A stretch of 64,000 nucleotides of DNA from an uncultured bacterium (GCA_963732385.1 CAVSZB010000001.1:64001-128000); one strand, 5' to 3'. Shown: positions 40,304-50,796, counted from the first letter of the stretch. Program-made: numbers and translations. The notes: generated from the letters alone by a model not told the origin.

Positions 40304-40513
40304 CTACCGCTTCCGGCCCGTCCGGTACCACCAGACGACTGTGCCCACAACGAGCGCCACGAGCAGGCCTGCCAGGCCGAGCGCGCTCGGGGGCGGACCG
40401 GTGTGCGGCGCGACCGCGGGGGCGTCGCCCGGCGCCGGCTTCGCAATGGCCAGAGCCTCCGCCGCTCGCATCAGGAAGCAGAACACGGTCGCCAGGATGC
40501 GCGCGTTTTTCAC
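40304..40513 (-). CDS. Small membrane protein (signal-like N-terminus, Pro linker, TM, basic tail)
   Basis: GTG start with GGAGAGG upstream; ...GPPPSALGLAGLLVALVVGTVVWWYRTGRKR. Confidence 0.45.
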   Translation of the reverse strand: MKNARILATVFCFLMRAAEALAIAKPAPGDAPAVAPHTGPPPSALGLAGLLVALVVGTVVWWYRTGRKR

Positions 40514-40557
40514 TTGTAGCCATCCTCTCCCGGGCCCGGCCCGGTCGCGTCGCCGGC

Positions 40558-41286
40558 TCAACTCAGGCCGAACTGCAGCCGCACCGTGACGAGGCCGGTC
40601 TTGCGCTTGGACGAGGTGTTGAAGGCGCCGGCCCACGACATCTCCTCATCGGAGTTGGGGGCGGTGATCTGGAAGACACCGAGGCTGGCCGACTTCAGCT
40701 TCGCCAGCCGCGAGCCGGCGCTGGCGGCGATGCGCTCGGCGCGCTGCTTGCCGTCCTCGGTGGCGGCGGTGATCATCTGGATCTTCAGCTCGGCGAGCTT
40801 CGTGTAATAGTAGCGGGGGTCGCCGGACATGAATTCGATGCCGCTCTTGATCAACTCGGTGACCTCGCGCGAAACGCTCTCCACGCGATCCACGTCCTGC
40901 GATTCGATGGTAACGCTCTGGCTCAGGACGTAGCCGGTGAACCGGTTGCGGACGCGGCGGCCGTTCTCGAACTCCTCGTCGTACTCCTTGCGGATGTCGA
41001 TCGACGAGAAGACCTGCAGCTCAGGCTGGATCCCCTTGGCGGCCAGGTAGTCGTGGATCGCGGTGCGGTCCTTGTCGAGCTGGGCGAACGCCGCCTGGAT
41101 CTCCGGGGCGCGGCGGGTGAACGAGCCGCTCCAGACGATGAGGTCGGAATCGAACTCCACGCGGGTGGAGCCGGTGACGGCGATGCTGCGCGCGCCGTCG
41201 TTACGTTGCAGGAACGCGCGGGTGCCGATGACCATGCTCAGCACGATCGCGGCGCAGACCGCGAGGACTCCGCCCAGGCTCTTCAT
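40558..41286 (-). CDS. SIMPL (DUF541) domain protein
   Basis: IAVTGS...SDLIVW; YYYTKLAELK; GVFQITA...FNTSS. Confidence 0.8.
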   Translation of the reverse strand: MKSLGGVLAVCAAIVLSMVIGTRAFLQRNDGARSIAVTGSTRVEFDSDLIVWSGSFTRRAPEIQAAFAQLDKDRTAIHDYLAAKGIQPELQVFSSIDIRKEYDEEFENGRRVRNRFTGYVLSQSVTIESQDVDRVESVSREVTELIKSGIEFMSGDPRYYYTKLAELKIQMITAATEDGKQRAERIAASAGSRLAKLKSASLGVFQITAPNSDEEMSWAGAFNTSSKRKTGLVTVRLQFGLS

Positions 41287-41428
41287 GGTTCCCTCCCGTG
41301 TGCCGGTGGGTGGGCGCGCCGTGTCGGCACGGCGCCGCCGTCGGGGGTCAGCATAGGCGGCCGCGGAGCGGGGGGTCAATGGGGATGGAGGGGGGCCGGG
41401 GCCTTGCGGCCCCGGCCCGGCGTTGCCG

Positions 41429-41848
41429 TTACACCTTGATGTTCAGGATCGAGGTGTTGCGGCTTCCGTCGTCGGACAGGTAGGCCAGGAGGCCGGCATT
41501 GACGACGTCGGAGGCCGAAGTCGCCTGCACGGTCCCCTGGGCGGCGTTCGGCGGAGGTCCCGGCGGGGGGCCCTGCGGTCCGCCCTCGGGACGTCCCGCC
41601 TCGAGCTCGGCGGTGCTCAGCTCTCCGTCGCCGTCGGTGTCGAGCTTGTCCATCATCTCCTCGGCGGACGGGACCGAGCCGCCCATCTTCTCGGCCAGCT
41701 GGTCGAGCATCGCCTGCAGCTCGTCGAGGTTCAGCGTGCCGCTCTGGTCGCTGTCGACCTTGGAGAACACCTCCTTCGGCGGGGGCGGTGGCCCCGCCCT
41801 CTGCATGGTCGACATGGCGACGCCGGAAGTCCCTACGGCCTGGATCAT
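41429..41848 (-). CDS. EF-hand domain protein
   Basis: DSDQSGTLNLDE and DTDGDGELSTAE loops; Pro-rich linkers. Confidence 0.8.
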   Translation of the reverse strand: MIQAVGTSGVAMSTMQRAGPPPPPKEVFSKVDSDQSGTLNLDELQAMLDQLAEKMGGSVPSAEEMMDKLDTDGDGELSTAELEAGRPEGGPQGPPPGPPPNAAQGTVQATSASDVVNAGLLAYLSDDGSRNTSILNIKV

Positions 41849-41997
41849 GTCACCCTCCTGCGCTGTGATCCGGCCCGCGGCGGACCGGATCGGTAACGGT
41901 GCCCCGGGCCGCTCCCGGGCGCGTGCGGACGGCGCCGCCCCTCGACGGCGCGGGGGGGGGGCGCAAGGTCCGGTCCACCGTCCGTACAGGTCTCGTA

Positions 41998-42684
41998 TCA
42001 GCGGGTGGACGGCAGGAAAAGGTACCCCTCGCCCCGCACCGACTTGATGAAGCGGGGCGACCGCGCGCCATCACCCAGCTTCCGGCGGATTCGCGCCACC
42101 CGCAGGTCGATGCTCCGGTCGCGCCCGTCGTGCGGCAGCTCGCGCAGCTCGCGCGAGATGAGGTCGCGCGTCACGACATGCCCGGCATGGCGCGCCAGCA
42201 GCAGCAGCAGGTCGAATTCTGCGTCGGTGAGGTCGACCGGCCGCCCGTCCCGCACCGCCCGCCGCGCCCCCGGATCCACCTCGAGCGCCCCGAAATCGAG
42301 CCGATCATCCGCCGCCGGCCACGCCCGCCCCAACGCCCGCAACTGCGCCACCAGCAGATCCATCCCGACCGGTCGCGCCATCGCAATGTCCGCCCCCATC
42401 TCCAGTGCCGCCGCCAGCTCCGGCACCGCGCCGTTGGGCAGCAGTACGCAGACCCGGCAATCCCGCCGCGCCGCCCGAAACTCCCGGCACCAGGCAAGCC
42501 CGGCCCCGACCGGCGCCTCGATGTCGATCAGCACGACCCCCCCCATCCGCGGCTGCAGCGCAGCCGCCTGCGTGCCCTCGCGAAAATGAACTCTGACCTC
42601 GCAGCCGGCATCGGCCAGAGCACGCCCGAACGAGTCGGCGCGCGGCCCGGGATCGCACACGAGTCGCAACGGCAGGGTTGGCAT
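41998..42684 (-). CDS. OmpR-family transcription factor with degenerate receiver domain
   Basis: LTDAEFDLL...DRSIDLRVARIRRKLGD...IKSVRGEGY. Confidence 0.8.
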   Translation of the reverse strand: MPTLPLRLVCDPGPRADSFGRALADAGCEVRVHFREGTQAAALQPRMGGVVLIDIEAPVGAGLAWCREFRAARRDCRVCVLLPNGAVPELAAALEMGADIAMARPVGMDLLVAQLRALGRAWPAADDRLDFGALEVDPGARRAVRDGRPVDLTDAEFDLLLLLARHAGHVVTRDLISRELRELPHDGRDRSIDLRVARIRRKLGDGARSPRFIKSVRGEGYLFLPSTR

Positions 42685-42873
42685 GGCGCAACGCCTCCGG
42701 GGTCGGGAGTGGAATCCCAGGCCGATTGCAATGGGCGGGCCATGACGCAACTCGTTGCAGTGTAGCGGATTGTGTGATGCTCGACTCGTGCATCCGCTGC
42801 GGAGTCCGCAGTCCCGGTGCGGATCTCGCACCGCAGGCCGCCGGGACCCCCGAGGGCACGCGGTACCCCGACC

Positions 42874-44202
42874 TCAGTCGATGCCGTAGCGCCGGAGTTT
42901 CTCGTAAAGGGTGCGCAGTCCGATGCCCAGGCGCGTGGCGGTCTGGCGGCGGTTGCCGCCCGCTTCGGCCAGGGCGGCCTGGATCGCCTCGCGCTCGATC
43001 TCGGCCATCGTGCGGGCGGTGGGGGCGCCGGCGGTCGGCGCCGTTGGCTCGAGCGCCAGTTCGTGCTGACGGATCAGATCGGCGTCGGTCAGGATGGCGG
43101 CGCGCTCGAGGGTGTTGGCGAGCTGGCGGATATTGCCGGGCCAGGGCTGCGTTTCGATCCAGCGCTTGGCGGAATCGTCCAGGCGCAGGGGTGGGCGGCC
43201 GAGTTCCACGGCTATCCGGGCGAGCAGGGTGGTGGCCAGGGGGAGGATGTCGCGCGGTCGGTCGCGCAGCGGCGGCAGGCGGAGCGGGAAGACCGCCAGG
43301 CGGTGATAGAGATCCTCGCGGAACGTGCCGGCGCGCACCATGGTGTCGATGTCGCGGTTGGTGGCGGCGATCCAGCGGACGTCGACCTGGATGGTGCGGC
43401 TGCTGCCGAGGCGTTCGAAGCAGCGCTCCTGCAGGACGCGAAGCAGCTTGGCCTGGAGTTCAGGCTTCAGTTCGCCGATCTCGTCCAGGAACAGCGTGCC
43501 GCCGTCGGCCAGTTCGAGGCGGCCGCGGCGCTGGGCGGTGGCGCCGGTGAAGGCCCCCTTCTCGTGGCCGAAGATCTCGCTCTCCATCAGGGTGTCGGTG
43601 ATGGCGGCGCAGTTCACCGGGACGAACGGGCCGTCGGCGCGGGGGCTGCGCTGGTGCACGGCGCGGGCTGCGAGCTCCTTGCCGGTGCCGCTCTCGCCGA
43701 GCAGCAGCACCGTGGCGGCGGTGGGGGCCACCCGGTCGAGCGCATCGACGACGGCGGCCATGGTCGGATCGCCGTAGCTGAGCGGGGGGGAGGCCTGTGC
43801 CTCCTGGGTTGAGCGGTCCTTGAGGGTGCGCAACTGCCGGCGCTCGAGCGCGCGGGCCGCCAGCAGACGCAACTCGCCGGGGCCCGACAGCGGCTTCTGC
43901 AAATAGTCGAAAGCCCCCAGCTTCATCGCCTCGACGGCGGTATTGACCGAGCCGTGCGCAGTCAGGACCACGACCTCGAGATTGGGCAGGTCGGCGCGGG
44001 CGCGGCGCAGCAGCTCCATGCCGTCGGGAGAGCCCGGCATGCGCAGGTCGGTGATCATCAGGTCATACGCGCGGGCGCGCAGCAGGGCCAGCGCCTCCGG
44101 GCCGTCGGCGGCACAGACCACCGTGTGGCCGGCGTCGGTAAGGGCCTCGGCCAGGAACTCGCGGATCCCCTTTTCGTCGTCGACCACGAGGATGAGCGAC
44201 AT
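42874..44202 (-). CDS. Sigma54-dependent response regulator (NtrC family)
   Basis: [32 protein letters not shown], Fis HTH. Confidence 0.93.
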   Translation of the reverse strand: MSLILVVDDEKGIREFLAEALTDAGHTVVCAADGPEALALLRARAYDLMITDLRMPGSPDGMELLRRARADLPNLEVVVLTAHGSVNTAVEAMKLGAFDYLQKPLSGPGELRLLAARALERRQLRTLKDRSTQEAQASPPLSYGDPTMAAVVDALDRVAPTAATVLLLGESGTGKELAARAVHQRSPRADGPFVPVNCAAITDTLMESEIFGHEKGAFTGATAQRRGRLELADGGTLFLDEIGELKPELQAKLLRVLQERCFERLGSSRTIQVDVRWIAATNRDIDTMVRAGTFREDLYHRLAVFPLRLPPLRDRPRDILPLATTLLARIAVELGRPPLRLDDSAKRWIETQPWPGNIRQLANTLERAAILTDADLIRQHELALEPTAPTAGAPTARTMAEIEREAIQAALAEAGGNRRQTATRLGIGLRTLYEKLRRYGID

Positions 44203-44208
44203 GGCTGG

Positions 44209-45534
44209 CTACTCCCGTGCCGGCGGCAGCGCGAGGCGGAATTCCGCTCCGCCCTGCGGATGGTTGTCGGCGGTCAGGCTGCCGCCGTGCAGTTCGGCCA
44301 CGCGGCGCGCCACGGCCAAACCGAGTCCGGTGCCGCTGGTGCGTTTCGTGAAGAACGGCTCGAAGATGCGGTCTTCGTCGCCGCGGGGCAGGCCGTCGCC
44401 GTGGTCGCGGATCCGGAACACGAGCCGGCCCACCTCCACGGCCACGCCCGCGGTCGGCGGCACGCCCGACGGCGACGCCTGCTGTGCGTTGCGCAGCAGA
44501 TTGGTCAACGCCTGGTGCAGGCGACCGCTGTCGAGCCGCCAGCGGCGGGGCGCCCCCGCCGTGTCGACGGCGAAGCCGCCCGGCGCGACCTCCTCCGCGG
44601 CTGCCTGCAGCAGCGCCGCCGGGTCGATCGACAGCAGCTCGAGCGGCCCGGTGCGGACGAAGTCGAGCAGGTCGGTGGTGAGGTTCTCGAGCCGCTGGGT
44701 CTCGTGGATCACCCGTTCCGCCTTGTGCCGCTCCGCGGAGTCGGGCGGCAGCTTCTCGGCGAGCAGTTGCGCATGCCCCTTGAGCGAGGCGAGCGGGTTG
44801 CGGATCTCGTGCGCAAGCACCGCCGACATCTCGCCGAGCGAGCTGAGCCGCCGCTCGTGCTCGAGGCGCCGGCGGGTCTCTTCGTGCCGCAGCGTCAGCC
44901 GCCAGAGGATGAACGCCGCCAGGGTCATCACGACGGCGGCGGCCAGGCCGAAGCCGAGCGACCGCCCCGCCCGCTCGCTCAGCCGGGTGGCGATCAGCGG
45001 CTCGAATTCGAAGATCAGTCCCCGGAACTCGCGCCCTTCCGGTGGCGGCGGTGGTGGCTGTGGCCCTCCCTGCCGTGACGCGGCGGGGCGGAACGGGAAG
45101 GCGAGAACGCGGATCCGTCCGCCCACCGGCACCAGCACCGGGCCGTGCCCCCCGCCTTCGCGGCGCGGGTCGACCAGCGGCTCGGGCATCGGTTCGCCGA
45201 TGCTGCTGGCCACGCGACCGTCGCTGCCGACGAGGCCGATGTAGCGCAGACCGTCGGCCCGGTGGGTCTCGAGCAGCTGTGCCAGCTCTTCCCGGCCGGG
45301 ATCGGCCGGGCCGGCGAACAGCGCGGCGAGGATCGCCCGCTCGAGCAGGTCGGCCTGGCCCTGGTGCAGGGTGGAAAGGGCGTCGCGCGCGCTGCGGTAG
45401 TTGGACCATGACGTGAGGGCGAGCGCCAGGCCGAGGGCGACCGTGCTGGCGAGCCAGCCCCGGCGTACCCAAGCTCCGGGGGAACCGAATCGTCCGGTCA
45501 CCGTGGCACTCCTCCTCTTCGTCGTGCGCGTCAT
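44209..45534 (-). CDS. Membrane sensor histidine kinase
   Basis: Two TMs; [30 protein letters not shown]. Confidence 0.9.
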   Translation of the reverse strand: MTRTTKRRSATVTGRFGSPGAWVRRGWLASTVALGLALALTSWSNYRSARDALSTLHQGQADLLERAILAALFAGPADPGREELAQLLETHRADGLRYIGLVGSDGRVASSIGEPMPEPLVDPRREGGGHGPVLVPVGGRIRVLAFPFRPAASRQGGPQPPPPPPEGREFRGLIFEFEPLIATRLSERAGRSLGFGLAAAVVMTLAAFILWRLTLRHEETRRRLEHERRLSSLGEMSAVLAHEIRNPLASLKGHAQLLAEKLPPDSAERHKAERVIHETQRLENLTTDLLDFVRTGPLELLSIDPAALLQAAAEEVAPGGFAVDTAGAPRRWRLDSGRLHQALTNLLRNAQQASPSGVPPTAGVAVEVGRLVFRIRDHGDGLPRGDEDRIFEPFFTKRTSGTGLGLAVARRVAELHGGSLTADNHPQGGAEFRLALPPARE

Positions 45535-46748
45535 TCGAAGCGCAGCGCCTCGATCGGCACCAGCCGTGCCGCCCGCCGCGCTGGATAATACCCGAAGAAA
45601 ACCCCCACCGCCGCCGCGAACAGCAGCGCCACGGTCACCGTCGGGGCGGAGATCGACACCCCCCAGCCGGTGGCGACGTGCAGCAGCCGGCTGCCGGCGC
45701 CGCCGAGCGCCACGCCGATCAGCCCGCCGGCGATGCTCATCACCAGGCTCTCGATCAGGAACTGGGTCAGGATGTCTGTGGCACGGGCTCCGAGCGCGCG
45801 GCGCAGGCCTATCTCGCGCGTCCGTTCGGTCACCGACACCAGCATGATGTTCATGATGCCGATCCCGCCGACCAGCAGCGACACGCTGGCGATCGCCGAC
45901 AGGAGCAGTGTCATCACCCGCGTGGTCTCCCCGGCCGTGGCGGCCAGGTCGGCCTGGTCGCGCACCGTGAAGTCGTCCGGCTCGCCGGCCGTCAGGCCGT
46001 GCGACACGCGCATGATCGCGCGGATGTCCGCCTGCACCGCATCGAGCTCCCCGGGGCTGCCCGCGCCGGCCAGGATCTGGGAGATGAACGTACGGCCGGC
46101 GAGCCGTGTCTGCACCGTTGTGTACGGGGCGAGCACGACGTCGTCCTGGTCGCCGCCGAGCGCCGCCTGCCCCTTGGCCGCCAGCACGCCGACGATCCTG
46201 AACGGCACGCTGCCGAGCCGGATCTCGCGCCCGGTGGCGTCCTCGCCGGCGAACAGGTTCGCCGCCACCGTGTGGCCGATGACCACCACCTTGCGCATCG
46301 CCTTCAGGTCGGCGGCGGTGAAGAAGGCGCCGCTCTCGAGCGTCCAGTCGCGGATGGCCTGGTAATCGGTGCTGACGCCGTGCACGGGGGCCCGCCAGTT
46401 GCCGCTGCCGCCGACGATCTGGGCGAACGTGTTGACGACGGGTGAAACCCCCGACAGCAGGAAGCTCTGTGCTTTAAGCGCTTCGGCGTCGGCGATGGTG
46501 AGGCGGTTGAAGCTCTGCGCCCCCTGGCTGACGCCGCTCAGGCTGGTCGAGCCGGGCGTCACCACGATCAGGTTGGTGCCCAGCCTGCCGATGCGGTCCT
46601 GCACCTGGTGACGCGCGCCGGTGCCGAGCGCCACGACCATGATCACGGCGGCCACGCCGATGATGATGCCCAGCATGGTCAGCGCCGAGCGCATCTTGTT
46701 CCGCAGGATGCTCTCGAGCGCCACCCCGATCAGTGTCGAGCCTTTCAT
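45531..46748 (-). CDS. ABC permease, MacB/FtsX family
   Basis: [41 protein letters not shown]. Confidence 0.92.
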   Translation of the reverse strand: MKGSTLIGVALESILRNKMRSALTMLGIIIGVAAVIMVVALGTGARHQVQDRIGRLGTNLIVVTPGSTSLSGVSQGAQSFNRLTIADAEALKAQSFLLSGVSPVVNTFAQIVGGSGNWRAPVHGVSTDYQAIRDWTLESGAFFTAADLKAMRKVVVIGHTVAANLFAGEDATGREIRLGSVPFRIVGVLAAKGQAALGGDQDDVVLAPYTTVQTRLAGRTFISQILAGAGSPGELDAVQADIRAIMRVSHGLTAGEPDDFTVRDQADLAATAGETTRVMTLLLSAIASVSLLVGGIGIMNIMLVSVTERTREIGLRRALGARATDILTQFLIESLVMSIAGGLIGVALGGAGSRLLHVATGWGVSISAPTVTVALLFAAAVGVFFGYYPARRAARLVPIEALRFE

Positions 46749-46761
46749 GTCGTGCCTCTTC

Positions 46762-47925
46762 TCACATGCCCGGAGGGGGCGGGCCGGCCGGCTGCTGCGT
46801 CTGGAACGGGCTGGTGCCGGTCGCGGTGACGGTAGTGGTGGCGGCGGCGATAACCCGCAGACCCTCGCGCAGTCCCGCGCCAGCGACCACGGTGTTCTGC
46901 CCGTCGCTCAGGCCGGTAGTTACCGGAATAGCGCCGGGCCGGCCGTCGGCGCCGAGCGACCAGAGCAGGATCGGCGCGGCGGACGCGTCGGCTTCCGACG
47001 CGGCCGGCGGGGCCGGCTGCGTCGCGGGGCGGAAGCGGAGCGCCGAATTGGGCACGAGCAGCACGTCGGCCGCGCGGTCGAGCACGAAGTCCACGGTGGC
47101 GGTCATGCCGGGCAGCAGCGCTCCATCGGGGTTGGAGGTGGCGATGACGACGGAGTAGTTGACGACGTTCTCCTTCACGGTCGACTGCAGACGCACCTGC
47201 GTCACTTCGCCGGCGAAAATCCGGTCCGCGAATGCCTGCACCGTGAAGTGGACCGCCTGTCCCTGCACGATCCGTCCGATGTCGCTCTCGTCAACCGAGG
47301 CGAGGATCTCGAGCCGCGACAGATCCTCGGCGATCAGGAACAGCTGCGGCGCGGCGAGACTGGCCGCCACGGTCTGGCCGACATCGACGTTGCGGTCGAT
47401 GACGATGCCGTCGATCGGGGCGCGGATCTCCGTGTAGGCTAGATTGCGCTCGGCCCGCTCGAGCGCGATGGCCGCCGACTTGCGCGATGCGTCGGCCACG
47501 GCGAGCTGGTAGCGCGCGTCGGAGTCCTCCTTCTCCATGACGACCCCGCTGGCGTACAGCCCGCCGATCCGCGTCTGCTCGCGCCACGCCTGTTCGTACT
47601 CCGCCACGCTCCGTTCGACCGCTGCTGCGGCTGAGCGCACCTCCTGCTCGAGCAGCGTGGGATCGATCCTGGCCACGAGCTGGCCCTGGGCGACGCGGTC
47701 GTTGAAGTCCACATAGATGTTCGAGACCTGCCCGCTGACCTGGGTGCCGACCTTCACGGTCCTGATGGCCTGCAGGATGCCGGTGCTCGACACCGTCGAC
47801 TCGACGGTCCCCCGGCGGACCGCCACGAAACGGTAGGAGTCGGCGCCGGGGCTGCCGCTTGTTGTCAGCCGCCAGGCGAGCAGTCCGGCTGCGAGCAGCA
47901 GCGCGATGATGATGATCCTCTTCAT
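46762..47925 (-). CDS. MacA-like efflux periplasmic adaptor
   Basis: VGTQVSG; APIDGIVI; GQTVAASL; VDESDIG; LLPGMTA. Confidence 0.9.
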   Translation of the reverse strand: MKRIIIIALLLAAGLLAWRLTTSGSPGADSYRFVAVRRGTVESTVSSTGILQAIRTVKVGTQVSGQVSNIYVDFNDRVAQGQLVARIDPTLLEQEVRSAAAAVERSVAEYEQAWREQTRIGGLYASGVVMEKEDSDARYQLAVADASRKSAAIALERAERNLAYTEIRAPIDGIVIDRNVDVGQTVAASLAAPQLFLIAEDLSRLEILASVDESDIGRIVQGQAVHFTVQAFADRIFAGEVTQVRLQSTVKENVVNYSVVIATSNPDGALLPGMTATVDFVLDRAADVLLVPNSALRFRPATQPAPPAASEADASAAPILLWSLGADGRPGAIPVTTGLSDGQNTVVAGAGLREGLRVIAAATTTVTATGTSPFQTQQPAGPPPPGM

Positions 47926-48249
47926 GCTGACGCTCCGTTCGCGCCGCGCCGGACGCGCCCCATGCGCACCGGCGCTTCCCGGCGCCAGGGGACGCCAAGG
48001 GCAGGGAACGGGCCACTGCACAACTCACTGTCATGATTGAAATTACGAAACGAAAAGCGGCCCGCGGCGCTGCGGTGTCCGCAGTCGGAGTGCGAATACC
48101 GCACCGCGCCGTCAACGAGCGCAAGCGTGTCGAGGGCGACGAACGAGGCAGGTCCCGCGGTTCTCAGGGAGGCAGGCGGAAATATGTCTGTTATCATGGG
48201 CGGGTGGCCGGCCCCGCGGCGCGCGGCCCCATCAATTGAAGGAGACGAC

Positions 48250-48588
48250 ATGCCGGGCAGACGCCCCCCCCTGCGGCGGCCGCAACCGCCGAAGGTGAAG
48301 AGCCCCGAGGAGATCGCGAAGCTCGTCAAGGAGCTCAAGAAGATGTCCGCGCCGGGGCACAACTACCGTGAGCGTTCACTCGCCATCCACGGCATGATCT
48401 GCGCGAAGTGCGCCCGCGAATTCACCGACGAGGATCGACACCTCCTCACAGTCCACCACAAGGACGGCAACGATGCCCATAACCCCCCCGACGGCTCCAA
48501 CTGGGAAAACCTCTGCGTCTACTGCCACGAAGCGGAGCACAGTCGCGGGCTGCTGGGCGACTACTGGACCGGGAAGAGGAAGCCGTAG
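48250..48588 (+). CDS. YajD-family HNH nuclease
   Basis: CAKCAREF...LTVHHKDGN..HNPPDGSNWENLCVYCHEAEHSR. Confidence 0.85.
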   Translation: MPGRRPPLRRPQPPKVKSPEEIAKLVKELKKMSAPGHNYRERSLAIHGMICAKCAREFTDEDRHLLTVHHKDGNDAHNPPDGSNWENLCVYCHEAEHSRGLLGDYWTGKRKP

Positions 48589-48633
48589 TACTTTGGAATC
48601 TGACCACCGCATTTTGGGCTTATGTGATATAAT

Positions 48634-50541
48634 GTGAGTTATTGGCGTGCGAGAGGCCGCGCAGGGCGGCGTGATCGAGCCAGCTTCGATCGGGCGAGGG
48701 GAGTTGCAGACATCTTGAGGGCCTGCAATAGTTTACGCGCCAAGTCCACATTCCCTGGCCGCCGGCTGTTCGCGGTGGCCGCCCTTGTGCTCGGACTCGC
48801 CGGCCCCGGGACGGCCAGGGCCCTGCTGCACATCGACTTTGAGCAGGCCATCTTTGCGCCGGCCGGTCTGGCGGTGATGGATTTCTGCGTGCTGCGTGAG
48901 GATGGTTTGTACCACATCTTCTATCACGCCATCCCCGAGGAGCTGCTGGGTCCGCCGGCAGTGAAGACCATCTACCACGCCACGTCGCCGGATCTTGTGC
49001 ACTGGGACCAGTGCCTTCCCGCCATCGAGCGCGGGCCGGAGATCTGGGAGGGGCTGGGTGTCTGGGCGCCCGACGTGGTTTGGGACGCGCCGCGCGGACA
49101 ATGGCGGATGTTCTACACGGCGGCCGATTCCCTGTGGGTCCAGCGCCCCTGCGCCGCGTGGTCCGATGATCTCTATTCGTGGACGAAGGTCCCTGCGAAC
49201 CCCTTGTTCCTCCCGGACACGCTGCAGTACTACTGGTCTCCGACATTGGCGTGGAGTTCGTTCCGCGATCCTTTCCTGTTCTTCGCCGACGGCGTCTGGC
49301 AGATGCTCTCCACGGCCGGCCTGCGCGTGGGAGGATATCCCGGCACCAAACAAGGCATCGTGCACCGCGCGGTGTCCACCGACCTGGAAACATGGGCCGA
49401 CGCGGGGCCGTTCTGGGCCCACGACGGGGCGACTCTGGCCTGGCATGATCTCGAGAGCGCGCAGTATCTGGTGCGGGGGGGCTGGCATCACCTGTTCGTG
49501 ACCGAGCAGGATGTCGCCGGCGTCAGCCACATGGTCGCCGACACGGCAGGTGCCTGGACAATCGCGACCCGCACCCGGATCGACTACGGCTACGCGGCCG
49601 AGATCGACGAGTTCGATCCCGGTGTGGACATCTTTTCACGCTATGTCATAAGTCAGCACCTCGATACAGGGAAACTGTTCTATGTCGCGCGCTTCGACAC
49701 GCTGCGCTGGCTCGACGGCGGAAAGGTCCCCCAGGTCTGGAAGCCCCACCCCCTCAACCGGGATTTTGCGAATCTAACCGGACTCGCAACGTATGGGCAG
49801 CCGACCTGGGGCGACAACCCGGTAGAACGCGGCGAACCTTCGAGCGGCCTGGTAGGAAAAGGCTGGTTCGGCAGCCAGGAGTTCTATCAGGGCCCCGGGT
49901 CGGGCCGCGGCTCGCCGGGCTCTCGCCTGGGAGACGCGGTTACAGGAAGCTGTGACAGCCGTCCTTTCGTCATCGAGGGCGACTTCATCAAACTCCGGGT
50001 CGGCGGCGGGTACTATCCCGAGACCTGCTACGTCGCCCTCGTTGCCACCGACCCAGACACGATACTGGCCCGTGAGACCGGCACGGGCGTCGATTTCATG
50101 ACCGAGCGCATCTGGAACGTGCGCCCCTGGCGCGGGCGGTCTGCCTGCATCCGGATCGTCGACGAGGAGGTCGGCCCGTTCGGGCATATCAACGTGGACG
50201 AGATCGAAGAAATTCTCGACCCGGTGACGGACGTCGGGCAGGGCCAGGGGGGGCCGGCCACGGGCCTGACGCTTCACGCGGCCAGCCCCAATCCATTCAA
50301 CGCCAGCACGGCCATCCGCTTCACCCTGCACGAGCCTGGACCGGTCGAAATGGTCGTCTACAACACCCGCGGGCGCGTCGTGCGGCGCCTGCCTCCCCAG
50401 CAATTCGACGCGGGCGATCACGCGATCTCCTGGCGCGGCCAGGACGAGCGCGGGCGGCCGGTGAGCACCGGGGTCTACATCTATCGCTTGCGGGTCGCCT
50501 CCGGCGCCTGGACTGTTGGGCGTCTCACGCTCGTGAAATGA
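48634..50541 (+). CDS. Secreted GH32/43-like beta-propeller glycosidase with C-terminal FlgD-Ig tail (start uncertain)
   Basis: MDF...YHIFY, SPDLVHW, VWAPDV, FRDP, LES; tail PNPFN.ST.IRF...YNTRGR.VR...WRGQD..G.PVSTGVY.YRL...LTLVK. Confidence 0.8.
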   Translation: MSYWRARGRAGRRDRASFDRARGVADILRACNSLRAKSTFPGRRLFAVAALVLGLAGPGTARALLHIDFEQAIFAPAGLAVMDFCVLREDGLYHIFYHAIPEELLGPPAVKTIYHATSPDLVHWDQCLPAIERGPEIWEGLGVWAPDVVWDAPRGQWRMFYTAADSLWVQRPCAAWSDDLYSWTKVPANPLFLPDTLQYYWSPTLAWSSFRDPFLFFADGVWQMLSTAGLRVGGYPGTKQGIVHRAVSTDLETWADAGPFWAHDGATLAWHDLESAQYLVRGGWHHLFVTEQDVAGVSHMVADTAGAWTIATRTRIDYGYAAEIDEFDPGVDIFSRYVISQHLDTGKLFYVARFDTLRWLDGGKVPQVWKPHPLNRDFANLTGLATYGQPTWGDNPVERGEPSSGLVGKGWFGSQEFYQGPGSGRGSPGSRLGDAVTGSCDSRPFVIEGDFIKLRVGGGYYPETCYVALVATDPDTILARETGTGVDFMTERIWNVRPWRGRSACIRIVDEEVGPFGHINVDEIEEILDPVTDVGQGQGGPATGLTLHAASPNPFNASTAIRFTLHEPGPVEMVVYNTRGRVVRRLPPQQFDAGDHAISWRGQDERGRPVSTGVYIYRLRVASGAWTVGRLTLVK

Positions 50542-50582
50542 TATGGAACGGCTAGTCAAACGTTGATTAGTGCGCTCCTCGG

Positions 50583-50606
50583 GGGCCCCGGCGACAGCCG
50601 GGGCCC
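50583..50606 (-). terminator. Hairpin at the 3' end of the IS non-coding region
   Basis: GGGCCCCGGC-gaca-GCCGGGGCCC perfect 10-bp stem. Confidence 0.5.
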
Positions 50607-50625
50607 TTCTTACGCCTGGTTGTTG

Positions 50626-50786
50626 GGAGCAGGGACTGCAACGACGGTTGATCAGACTGATATCCGCGGGTTGGTTACCGCACACAATTCTGTCCGTCTC
50701 GGGGTGACCTCCGTCTAACACCGCGGGTCCAGCTCATGGCCTGCCGCATACTTCAAACGAGGATTCCCCTGACCGGTCCCTGCTCC
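50626..50786 (-). ncRNA. Putative bridge/seek RNA of the IS110/IS1111 element
   Basis: Closed by an 11-bp stem GGAGCAGGGAC/GTCCCTGCTCC; two repeated TGCGG...CCCGCGG units flanked by TGAAGTA (target-like) and ATATCAG (circle-junction match). Confidence 0.7.
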
Positions 50787-50796
50787 ACTCAGCGTC

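Noticed and set aside
47960..48000. Sigma54 promoter for the adaptor/permease/TCS operon
   Set aside because: Both TGGCG candidates give GG-N9-GC, not the required GG-N10-GC.
48250..48588. HNH protein as a defence or mobile nuclease
   Set aside because: Matches the short, widely conserved YajD-like type, with no defence genes next to it.
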